A stretch of 61,694 nt of DNA, counting the filler, from Choristocarpus tenellus KU-1152 (lineage: Eukaryota; Protista; Phaeophyceae): assembly GCA_964200185.2 (NCBI GenBank). It is 10 parts of 10 records of this genome, joined end to end, with 100 filler letters (N's around TTAATTAATTAA, not from the genome) between each part and the next. Parts side by side here need not be neighbours in the genome. Positions count along the whole stretch, not along the records: positions 8,910 to 21,654 come from CAXNAD020001721.1; positions 21,755 to 31,433 come from CAXNAD020003476.1; 8 more parts are not named here. One strand, 5' to 3'. The position numbers were made by a program, and so were the translations under genes. Numbering within the stretch: position 1 is the stretch's first letter; the number at the start of each line of letters is the position of its first letter. Of this stretch, positions 16,357 through 28,000 are shown piece by piece. The notes beneath the pieces were generated by a model. That model was not told where the DNA came from. It saw only the letters and a program-made list of their open reading frames with translations, and did no database searches.

Positions 16357-18974
16357 ACTCCCCGGGTTGGCTTGGATATCATCTGAAGATGAGCTTTCAG
16401 TCAGGGCATCATCTTCAAGTCCAGAACTATGGCAGGAAATCTGACTTTTTTCTGACTTTACAAGGCAGATCCTGGGGCCTTGAGTCTTCCCTGTAAGTGG
16501 TTTTTCTCTGGTATGTGTTGTTTCCCCATAATCTGGAACACCATATAATATTTGACTTTTTCCTGTGGTGCAAGGGTTGGGCCTTTGTCACTTTCAAGTC
16601 CCACAAAACGTCTCTATAGGATAGGGACTCTCTTATTCACTTCTCTACATCCTCTGGTACCTTGGTGTTCAATGTGTCGGGTTATTGCTCATCTTTGGCG
16701 TTTGTGTCTCAAGAGGAATAGGTCCTCTCATTGGATGCACTATAACCATATTTGCTGGACCCTTGTTGGTAACAATCTGATCTCAATATGTTTTGAACGT
16801 AGAGATGAGTGAAAGTACCTTAGAGGGTACGATTTTTGCCCTGTTTGTCCATTTAGGGCTTGACTTCCCATGGATTTTTACGATATCTTGCATACTCCAA
16901 AATGCTTTGGAGTAGGTAGAATCTGTACATTATGGAAAGGTGTGTCCGGAGCAAGGATATTGACACTTCCTAATACACACAACAGTCAAAATTACATCAA
17001 AAACGCAACATTGTATTTTGTCTCCCCAAGCGGACGGGACTTTACCATCTAAGATAATTTGACTCGACTCCTGCTTCCAAGAGGGCACCTTGCTGTAGAT
17101 CAGGGTTGGTTTCGGGTGCTGTAGCAAGTGCCATCTTCTTTCCTACAGTTTTTTTCAACCTTGTTCAATATTTGTCACCTGGTTGGTGAGGATTAGAACA
17201 GGTGCAACTACCGCTATTTGTAAGCTAACCATTATTCAGACAGGGACAAGCTTGCAACAAGTCGAGGCATTTCTCCATTGCAAGCAAGAAGTCCGAAATC
17301 TTGCTCCACTGCAAACCAGTTCTGTTTCAGTAATCAAGCTGCCCTGCATCATAAATTTCATCTCACCGAGTCTTTCCTCCAACTTTCTTCTCTCCTTCCT
17401 CGACCTGCATTTCTTCAGGCGCCGAGAGTTCCTCATCTTCTTCCTAGCATGGCTCATGAGCTTTGGCTCCTGAACTCCGTTGCTCCTCATCTTTTCTTCT
17501 CTCTCTCCCTCTGCTATTTCTCGGAAGTACCCAACTATTGCCTCACACTCCTGACATACCCATTTCAGATCAACTGCTGCTTCAGAATTTGCATGCAGAC
17601 CATCTCCAAGTAGGGAGAAAAAGGATGAGAATTCTGTATTAGGTACAATAATGGTAGGAGAGACAACTCATTGATGATGAGCAGTTATCGCAAATATGGC
17701 AAGTCGTTTGATTCAGAAGGTAGAGAAAAAATAATTTGCCCAGTGGCGAATACACTTTGAGGGCAAGAGTTCTGACCAGGACGTGTGTTACGTCATTGCC
17801 CATTTGATTTGGACTAAATTGGGCATGCTACATGTCACCCCTTGCTGGCATCTCACCCTCCAAGCTCGTTTTAACTGTATATCACAAACCAAGAGACTAT
17901 TCAGGACCAACGTCAAGTACTATACCTTTTCACCAACATCAAACTCACAGGAACTCAGCATATGCCCCTTACGTTTCGAGAGATGTCACGATGTTGCGTC
18001 TCCCGTATTGCCAAAACAAAACAATTCCATCATTGAATACATGTGATCAATATTCTTGGAGTGGTCGATTCGCTTCCCTTAACCTCCAAGCTCTAGGACT
18101 TAGCGTGCGGTCTTTGGCAATCCCGCAACATACTGCTAGCTCTTACCTCCTTCCCAACGCCAACGAATTACTCCACGTTGGTTCTCAATATTCCCTATTG
18201 GGGGCGGGCGAGGTGGAAGCTCACTCCAATGCAGAGCATCACCAGCAAAATGCCTCCCTCCCATTTGGATAAACTGTGGGTAGCCCGAGAACGCTTCCAT
18301 AACTGTCTTTCTCCAAGCCTGCAAGCATTTGGATAAAATTATGTATGCCGCTTCAGTGCTCTACCAAAATCACTCGTTTCAAATCACAAGTATTTGAAAC
18401 GCACCTCCACTTCTTTAGTATGTGTTGCTGGTGTCGGCCTTTTGGGGGTGTCCTTACGTACATTTTCTATTGGCGGACGTCTCAAACCCCATGTGGACCG
18501 AATGTTCCTAGCTGCAGATAACGACCTTTTTGCAGTCCGTCGACTGACACCCTCCGATATGCTGTAGGCAACGTTTGTACGACCCATAGTCCCTTTAGCG
18601 TCTCGCGTTGACACCAGTTCGTTTTCTATAACTGCCGAGTTTCGACCCTGACGACGTACTGTGACTGGTCGCCCTGCCTCCTTGACATTCATGAAGGAGG
18701 GTCTCCTCGGTGAGAGTGCAACACTGGTCTTGATTTCATTCTTTTCCCCATATATTTCACAAGGAATACCATCACATTTGCCGAGTTCCCTGTCCAAGTG
18801 AGTGGCAAATCTTCCATTACGACGCTCTTCTACTAATCTTAAATGAGAAGCTCGATCCAGGGAAGTGTCTGCATACCATCTCCCAGCTATTGACTTTGTG
18901 AAATCTCGATTCCTGCCCCTACTCCTTTCACTTAGAGGTGGTTCCAGTAAAAGGGATAGGTTGGAGACTATCAT
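12301..18974 (-). CDS. Uncharacterised ~1,740-aa protein: basic N-terminus plus a giant acidic repeat-rich terminal exon (4-exon model)
   Basis: ATG at 18974. Phase-consistent exons 18974-18405, 18318-18147, 17603-17367 and 16562-12301. The last contains the 1351-aa ORF, whose frame stays open back to a TGA at 16588-16590. The exon 3-4 junction is the least certain part. Confidence 0.6.
16807..17065 (-). mobile_element. MITE family B, full length (~259 bp)
   Basis: Termini gagtgaaagtaccttagagggta and ccatctaagataatttgactc. Reverse-complement homologue of 28093-28350. Confidence 0.85.
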
Positions 18975-19695
18975 TGTGTAATACTATCGTATCAATAGTA
19001 CTCCGATCTCTAACATCTCGAACCTGAAACGGTATGGTAACACTATCTATATGTTCTCCTTTTTTGGAAAATGACATGGAATCATGTTATACATATTTAT
19101 GTATTAAAAGGAGATGAAGAGAACTTTAAAACTTGAAACTGATTCTACGCGGGAAAAAGGGAGAAATGTCTAAAAATAATCCTAATGAAGTGTCCCACTA
19201 TTAATCCAATTTTCCTCCTTGACCTGTTCACATACAAGAATATTATATTGAATTATTCAATAGATAATATTTTGGTGCCAATAGTGAAACAACTGGAATC
19301 AACAATAAATATCGTTCCTCGGTAATCAAGGTTGGAGCCAGTAACCAAATCAGACCAGTCTTAAAGTCCAAGAAACAAACTCGACAACCTTCACTTCTCT
19401 ATACCCGAAGTAGCTGGACTAGTAAGCCGAGAGAACTGGGTCACCAGAGGTAGTAGTTAGGTGTGGCAACAGCGTCTTATCCTCACTGTATGGTCAAATT
19501 TCAAACTGATCTGTATTTAGCTTAGCATCATTATTCGTTTGGTACCTGTCTTCACAACAGAAGCATTACCATTTCCACCAACCTGAGGGCCCAACTTTTG
19601 TGATCCGAGCGTCTGATCTATATTTCCTGGCTCCTCAACTCAAGCTTGGGCCTATTTGATCTGTTGGACGACTATTGTTTGCGCCGGCGAGAAGA
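18975..19695. promoter_or_regulatory. Probable bidirectional promoter between head-to-head genes
   Basis: About 720 bp, partly AT-rich, between the divergent ATGs at 18974 (-) and 19696 (+), flanked by CpG-rich first exons. Confidence 0.45.
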
Positions 19696-21325
19696 ATGGC
19701 AGTTGAGGGAAGTGTGAGTCCAACAGAGAGGGAGAGGGATAGCAACGCCAAGAAGAGGTTCATCAAAGAGGGAGAAGTAGGCACGGGAGCAGAAGTGCTG
19801 CTGAGCCTGGAGGCAGGGGCTTTGAAGCTGGAGAGGGATTTGTCGGCAACCTACGGAAATAATGAGATCGATGCTAGGATTCCGTTCAGGGCACGAGTGG
19901 AAGAGGTGGTGGCTTTTGTCGTGTGGTTCGCGGTTATTGCTTCTTGTGCTGCGCAGTACCCAATGGTGTGGGTCGCGTTCTGGAATCATGTGCAGAAAAT
20001 TCAGGAGGGTAGTAACCCCCTCCGTCACCGATCCGTTGCGCTCCCGCTATGGGGACTGTGGGTTGTGGGTTTATTCTTCTACCGCCGGAGCATTTATAAA
20101 CGGGCCTCACCGGACTTGGGAGGGCTCCTGCTGCACGCGGAGATTTTCGCTTGTGTGGTATTGACGATGACCGGTGAGCGATTTGTGATGATTTATGGAC
20201 GGGTAATATCTTTGCAGTCTCCGCGAATTGGTGATTGCGGCGCAGATTTGCTTTCGTTCACTTCTTGTGTCCGAATACATCTTTCCTATGTGGTGAACAA
20301 AATTGAGAAAGTCAGAACTCTGTGTGATAAATGAGTTTGCTCTTGTAGTTCATGGTATGAATATTTCCTTCCTGCTAAATAGCGTCTCGATCCTCCGAAA
20401 TGTGCTGTTTCAACTGTTTGGACAACGAAGTCGATGATGTGGACTAAGACTGGACATGACCAGTTTTTTAGTGACACGATGGATGGTTTCGGTGGAATAT
20501 ACATGGAAGTGTTTATGCGTTCGTGTGAGACATATTGTTTGGTCAGTTGAGATTTGAACCGTTTCTGTCCGTGTTGGATGAACACAGCTCCAAAGTTCGT
20601 CACACGACTCCAAGGACTGATGTCACATCAATAAATCTACCCTTGCAAGTCAGCTTACCTTGATCATTTTTTTGTATTTGTAGGAAGTGTCATGGTGCAT
20701 TATTTTTTGGGTTGTACACAGATCATACTGAGATGTTCCTAGACTCCCAACCCCTGCTTGAGGCCGTATACTCTCTCATTCTGGAGAGTGCACTATATGT
20801 ATCCATTGGTCTAGCTAGGTTCAAGGTCAAGACCTTGTGATTTCCATGCAGTGACCCACTTTCCCCTGCATTTGCAATATTATATTGATACGAAAAAGAA
20901 CTGAAATAATAACAGAGTCTAGCAACTGACTCACACCCAACACTACCTCCAAAATTATTGCCTGTTGCATAAAATCCAGTGTGCGTGAATTTTGCAAGCT
21001 TCCTCCACCAACCGGGGCCCCGGTTATACGATATCGGCTTCCTCATTATTCCTGAGCAGGGACTGCACTCTCCCTGGCGACCTGTGAGCGATGTGCTGAC
21101 CTCGCTGCTTCCATGCATTGCCATTGTGCGGAGCTTGTTCATGGACCGCAAAAGGCGTGTATCTTTGATAACTTCATGGTTCCGGCTGGTGTCCATAGTC
21201 TACACCTTTCGCTGCCTAAGTGTGACTCTCACGTCCCTTCCAGGACCAGCCCCACACTGCCAGGATAAGAGCCTCTACAACCCGCCAGAAAGCTGGCATG
21301 AAATTGCGACCAGGATGGGTGTCAT
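19696..21325 (+). CDS. Inositol phosphorylceramide synthase / sphingomyelin synthase family protein, 3'-partial
   Basis: Exons 19696-20173 (donor GTGAGC) and 20980-21325 join in phase. FLHQPGPRLYDIGFLIIPE and FRCLSVTLTSLPGPAPHC match the plant IPCS D1/D2 motifs (LHRPGPxLxDxGF; LRxxTFxSTxLPGPxxHC). The catalytic D3/D4 exons were not found before the contig end. Confidence 0.82.
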
Positions 21326-21754
21326 GTGAGAACACACCCTCCCTCCCCCCCTCACACTGCTGGCTCATCCATCGCGGGTCATAGCCCAGCATTTCAACCG
21401 GTACACCGTGGTGTTTTTGCATTTTCTGCTCAACTTTGAAGTGTGTGTGTGGTCTTCTTTGATGCATGTGATGATTGTACCCTTCCGATAGCTCATTCTT
21501 TTGTCCGGAGTGACTTGGGATGAGATCGTGTATCATTGAGCACAAACGTGTTGATTTACACCAACACGTCTCTTGCCCCTTTTGGCACTACACCAGATGG
21601 AGTAGTTCCATCCTTTCTTGTACCCCCCCCCACCCCGCTCGCCTGCCCCACCCCNNNNNNNNNNNNNNNNNNNNNNNNNNNNNNNNNNNNNNNNNNNNTT
21701 AATTAATTAANNNNNNNNNNNNNNNNNNNNNNNNNNNNNNNNNNNNNNNNNNNN

Positions 21755-21811
21755 CCAAGCCCCAAATGGACAAACAGGGCAAAACTCGTACCCTCTAAGA
21801 TACTTTCACTC
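21755..21811 (+). mobile_element. MITE family B right end at contig start
   Basis: ccaagccccaaatggacaaacagggcaaaactcgtaccctctaagatactttcactc. Confidence 0.85.
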
Positions 21812-23511
21812 TATGAAAATATGAGGCATCATGTATGAAGCCTCCATTAATATGAGGGTGCGAACTTATAACCACAAGAAAGCTGTAGACATTTACAGAC
21901 AATGGGTAAGGGAAAAGATTCCACATCAGCATGCAAATGGTGCTAAGAAATTGATGCCCTACAGAGAAATAAATGATTCAATACAATGTAACATTTGGAT
22001 TGGTAAGACAATTGAGTGTAAGCACTTATTATTAAGACAAGACCCCTTTCTCAATACCAACCAAAGGTCTATGCCCTCGAAGTGATAAGAGAAGACGACA
22101 CACTGTGACCTTTCTAGAAATGCATTTTGCCATTCCTGGATTCTCAATCATGGCAAATGTGCAACATGATTTTGTGCCTAACATATTTGGTATTGTTCTG
22201 TCAGCGCTATATTAAACGCCATCCAGGAATGGAATAAACCCAAAGTAGGTATATCAAAACATAGGCAACTCATTCGATTTGCTTTGATACGATACAGTAT
22301 CATCAGTCCATACTGAACGGTGATTTGTTCATTGCAATGGTCGCTATTCCCATTTACATCATTAGCTCATTAGCTCATCATCACAACTTACTCAACCACT
22401 ATCAGAACATCAAAGTACATAGGAAGCACGAGAACAGTCGCTACCTATCACACATAGAAGCATACTATGTGCCACAGTAGTTACCTTAGATCTGGATTCA
22501 AGCTTACCTTCATGTTTCTTCCTCGTTTTACTTCTTCATCTTTCTTACACAAGTTATCAGTTGCATAGCATGTGTTGATTGTTATTTTTACTTGACTGGC
22601 ATTGCCCCCCCATAAGACATCCTATTCACTCTGCAATATGTGTAAGACACACGCCAGGACGCAATATAAACAGAGTTAAAACCATCCTTTGAGACCCTTC
22701 TCAGTCAAGGTGACAATCCTCTTCACAGAGGATGAATTCTTCATTTGAGCATCTCAATGAATGACCTCACACTTTCTATCAATCATAGTCTGCTTGAGTT
22801 AATCATGCCGCAGGCATACCAGTACAGATTACACTTCAACCAAAGTCTGATTGAGTAAAACATCCCTTCAGATGCACCAGACTGAACCCGCAGGTGTTTT
22901 GTTTCACTATGACACACACATCTGTCTCCAAGTGTGTTAATCACAGCACAACCAAACATACTTTCACATCAAACATTGTTTGATTGAGTAAAACAAGCCA
23001 TCAGACCTACAATAACAAATCCATCAGTGCTTTGTTGCACTACAATCCTCTTCACTATAAAACAGACACATCACAACAATGCACAACTCATACGAAATCA
23101 GGCTTCAACAGGTTATGAGCCTCACACGATTCCCCTTCGGTTACCATAAATATTAGGCGTTTATTTTGTAGTTAATGGCCTACCCAAGTTCACTGGACCA
23201 GGTCAGCATTGCTTGTCATTGATAGGTTTTGCTTGAGGGTTATTTTTCAAATGTAAGCTTGACATCAATACAGTTCAAACAAACTACAGGGTACCAAGTA
23301 CAACCTATGGTTGACTTAAATATAACTTTCGAGTTATTAGTTAATAGAAAGCAAATATTTAACAAGCAACTTCAAGTCAACCATCCAGTTCTATCTGCGA
23401 CAAAAAAAGGTATATGTTTAAGATTGGCTTAGTAGTTTAAGTGCATCCAATGAAGCAGTACTTTGCCTTGCAAGGGGACAAGATTTGAGCAGGTGAAGCA
23501 ACCTATCTTAC

Positions 23512-25055
23512 CCATGTATTGTGTCACGGTTTGGGGCACCCACAGCTACGAAATTTCCAGAAACCGATACAGTGGAACCAAATAGGTCCTGGTGCTGCTT
23601 TATCCAGGGATACAGGAAGCATTGCTCTCTGAAATTTGAATCGATGTCCCCAGTAACCTAGTTGGATAGGAAGTGCATTAGGGAATATATGGAGCACCAT
23701 ATCAGTTTCATTTTGAAGGGGTTTGAAGCATTGGTGAAGAATTGTGGAGAATATGTCAGTTTGTATGGATTAATGTTTTGTAATTTCTTAAGTCACAGCC
23801 TTGATGTGTGGAGCATACTCATCCAACAACAAAAATCCCTGTAAGGACGCAGGACAGTCTATCAATCGAGTACACTCCATTTCCCGTAATGATATTAGCA
23901 TTAGCATTAGCATTAGCATTAGCATTAGCATTAGTATTAGTGTTGGTGGTATCAAGATTGTATATCTTTTTTTCTGCTTGCAGTGTAGGAAGTGCTGTGG
24001 TGGGGTTCAGGAGTCACATGCTCGCAGTCTAGTTTCACAGAGATGGAGAGACGAATGGTTTCGGACCCTACTGCTCATCACCTCTCCAGGATATATCAGG
24101 TCTGACTAAGTATGCCATGCGCCTTTATCTGGCACTGGATGGTGTCCTATCTTGAGCCTGACAGTACTGGTTTCCTACCCTGCTTTCTTGACCCTCACAT
24201 TGTCTCTACCACTCTCTATAGACTTGAACCTTCTTAGGCACGAGAGGTTAAATCAGATGTTGATCCTTACTCTGACCTTACTCTCTAATCCTGACCCCTG
24301 ACCCGGAGCCGAACTGTCATGGACATTGCCCAAACCTGGCGAGCGAAGACATGTGTGACGCCGCGCAGCTTGTCAGGCACTTCATTGAGGACCTCCACAC
24401 TGACATAGGCGTTTGGTCCAGTGACCTCAGAGTCATCAACCTTGTGTGTGTTTGTATGTGTGTGTTTGTATGTGTTAAGATGAGTTGTAGAGGTGTGGGG
24501 GTAGATATGGGAAGAACCTAGTTCATCATTTTCTCTCTTCAAAAGATGCTAATATATTCCGGAGAATATGTATATGCTTTGGTTGGGGAAACGACTGCTT
24601 AGATTGCAGACTCCTGCAACAATTCTCTAAACTCAAGCAAAGTCACCACATTGTACAGAGTAAAAGTTGTGCTCCACCTTTTGCCGAGCAGTGTGGACAG
24701 GTACCTTGGTCAAATCTGTCACATATTTCGAGAACACCTATAGAGCATTCCATTTGGACAGTGACTTCTTGGTACGACTAGTCCAATTTTACATCTTACT
24801 GGAGCAAAAGAAGGACACAAATACACTCCCACTCCAGGCCCCACAGTCTCTCAAAAGGCTGCCACAAATCCACCTGCAGTGCAGCGACGCCTTCAGTCTC
24901 CTCCAGAAAGATAATGGTGTACTGATATCCACCAGTGTCCTTATCCTGGTCACTACGAGCAACCACTAGGTCACTAACGCCCACACCTAGACCGAAGTCC
25001 TGATATTGCAACACAAAGATGGAGATTAGTGTCTTGTTGTATTTCTGTGTGTATT

Positions 25056-25090
<35 letters not shown>

Positions 25091-28000
25091 ATATATTTGC
25101 TGCCAATCTCTCATTGGAAATAGTGGAGGATAAATCTCAGGCGTGCATTCATGAGGGTAGGCACTACTATTCAAGTTCGAACATAGTATTGTATAATTCT
25201 GAGAAGTAGACATGTTGTTGGGCATAACCATGACCAGCATCAAGGTCGAAGGATGAAAGAACCATTGAGGCTTTGGTGAAAATGTTCAAATATGTGTAGT
25301 TCAAGCTGTTACTCTAAGGTGCAAAAATAATCATGTTCAGTCCCCAGTGTGACCCAAATTTAACATAAGCTGTCCTTCCCACAAGCAAGCAGTGAAAAGA
25401 AAACTTCATCGTTGGAGGACTTGCACCTTAACTCCGATATCTGCATGACTTCAATGTGAAAGAGGCTCACCGCTTCCAATGTAGTCTTCAGTTCCACCCC
25501 ACTGGCATCAGTCTCGATTTTACGTGACCAGCGTACCTGCATAGTAGCATTCACATGAATTGTAGTAGGTTTAATATTAGAGGTGAAGGACCAAATGAAT
25601 TGTAGGATCCATCTAATTACTCAAGCATCAAGCATCTTGGCTTATGTGTTAGTAGTACAACTTCTTTACAAAGAGGTCCAACAGGCATGAGTCAAGGCAT
25701 GGGTCAAGTTAGGGTGAGCTGATTGTTGGGTGATTCAGGTCAGGGACCCTGACGTAGTGTTATCGAAGTTGGTGCTTTTAAGTGCTTCATGCTCCAGATC
25801 ATGAGATCAATAAGTTTCAGTCTGGTCAGGATTCGGAAACAAAATAATTCAACTTAAAAAAAAATGTTACGGAGACTATGCTGGCGTTTCTTCAATCAAA
25901 AAAATATATTTGGGCTTCAGCCCTTATTTTATCAGTGCTTGGACAACTAATTATTGGATCCCAATCAGTAGTAACGTGGTAGCTCCTGCTAGGGCCCCCA
26001 TGTGCATGAATACAATGCTTCAAGGTGTTGAACACCATGAAGTAAGCATTCCGGTGATAGCAGTCAATGATTTTGAGACCTCCTTCCAGACTGTGATGTC
26101 TGAGGCCAGTTAAATTATCTTGAAAAAATAACAGCTAGATGCTTGGTTGGCCCACCTCACAAATATCATCCTCATCATCCTCACAAACCTCCTTCCACCC
26201 AAGTCGGTAAAAATTGCCAACTCCTTCATCACCTCCAGGATCAGCTTGCACCGTCACAACCTTGACATAGATTTTTTTTGTAAAAATGGTAAGGAAGGAT
26301 TGCTGCTCGATAGCTGCTCACCATTCACATGCATAAAACAGAAAAAAAATGCCAAGGGCGGGGCAACTATGTGTTCTACTTGCTAGTCCCGTTGAAGCTT
26401 TCCCACTGTACCACACCCTATGGAACACACTTTTATACTCAAATATGTATCTGCATAACAAAGCAGAGATTGTTTTACGACTCTCTTGTCTAGATGCACT
26501 GCTGGACACAGACATCATTCCACATTGAGGGAAATGTTCTGTTTGCTACAACCCACTCTTCTCCCTATTCTTCTTTATCCTCACACTACTTAATCTTCCA
26601 GTCTTACAAGCAGTGTGTCATTATTGATCTTTGTCATTTCTTAAAAAAATCTTGACCATGTTATAGCTAGCTAGCACGTATTACAATAACACTCACCTGG
26701 ACAGATCTTTGATACACAAGCTTCCCTTCCTCGTATTCTTGGTGTGATCCAACCACAATGGTGTCCCCATCTATGCTCACACTCAAGCCCAGTCGATCAA
26801 ACGGTTTCACATTGGATGCCTCTAGGTCCTGTAAGCAATTTTCAAAAATAGATGAGGCCATAGAGTAGTGTGCCAGCTCCAATTGCCCTGAAGCTTTACA
26901 ACTTATAATACTTAATTGTATTTCCTTTGTCGTTTTCATGCAAAAAAATACTGACCTGAAAATTGTATCGTGCACATCACCCTATCAGTTACATTTTGTC
27001 ACTCCATAGAAAAGCTTTGGTATGCATTCTGTAACTGTTCTAGTTCTTGCCAAGAACTAGATAGGATATCATGCCCATGCCCATGCCCATGCTCTTACTC
27101 TTGCTTCATCTTGGGCAAACTAAGAATGAACCTATTTTAGTGATTTTTATATTTTCCATACCTGAAAAAAATAAAAGGCTTTCTCTGAACTATCTCTTCG
27201 ATACAGATACACTGCCCCAACGTCTGTGCCTTCCCAGTTGGTCCGCTCCCGCCCTGTGTGTAGCCAAGTGCTCTCCCTCCCCGGGCAGCCCACCACCAAG
27301 AAGTTTTCATAAAGACTCACACTGTAACCAAAACGGTCACTGGCCCTTGGCTAACCATACAACCACAATGTGAAGTAGTTGGAAGTAGTTGGTGGAATGG
27401 TTGGGAGTGCATGAAATGCTATTGGAGGAGTGAAGAAGTGGAGATTCTTTGTAGGACTAAGATGAAGCTTGGGCCATGGCTAATGGCCTTACAATACTTT
27501 CTTTGGCAATGCTATTGTTCAATTTGGGGTGGGGTATTGGGAGGAGGGGTATAATCATGATCCTAGGTCAAGGTTGATGATTGCAGTTGTAGATGGTGAG
27601 AATATTTGCAAAGTACACTGGAGTACTAAATGGTGGAGGGATAAGATCTGGAACGATCTGGGAGGTGAGGTTTCCCCTCATACACTCCGAAATTGTATTA
27701 AAATGGTGCTGCATCTGCAACTAGAGCAGGCTTGATTGGAGTTGACAGAGCTTGAACAAGTTTCTGTTTTCAGTTAGTAGCACAATCAATCTGTGGCAAG
27801 AACAGGAATAAGCTTTAGAGAGAGGAAAACAAGTGTTGTTGGAGTCTTATAGTTTCTTGTACAGTTTCTCAGGCAGGGGGACCAATGGTATCCTCCATTG
27901 TGTGTCTTTTTGTCACCGGTATTTTTTTATTAAAATAAATAAGAAGAAATAAATAATACGATTTAATCACCACAAATGGGTAGTAAAGGGCAAGCCAAGA

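Noticed and set aside
16563-17366. Stop-codon reassignment to explain in-frame TAG/TGA in coding-like regions (also near 60330-60450)
   Set aside because: The 4-kb ORF and all conserved exons contain no in-frame stops, and genes end in TGA or TAG. Decay is the simpler explanation.
17520-17603. KWVCQEC as part of a PHD finger
   Set aside because: The upstream exon supplies none of the remaining Cys/His ligands.
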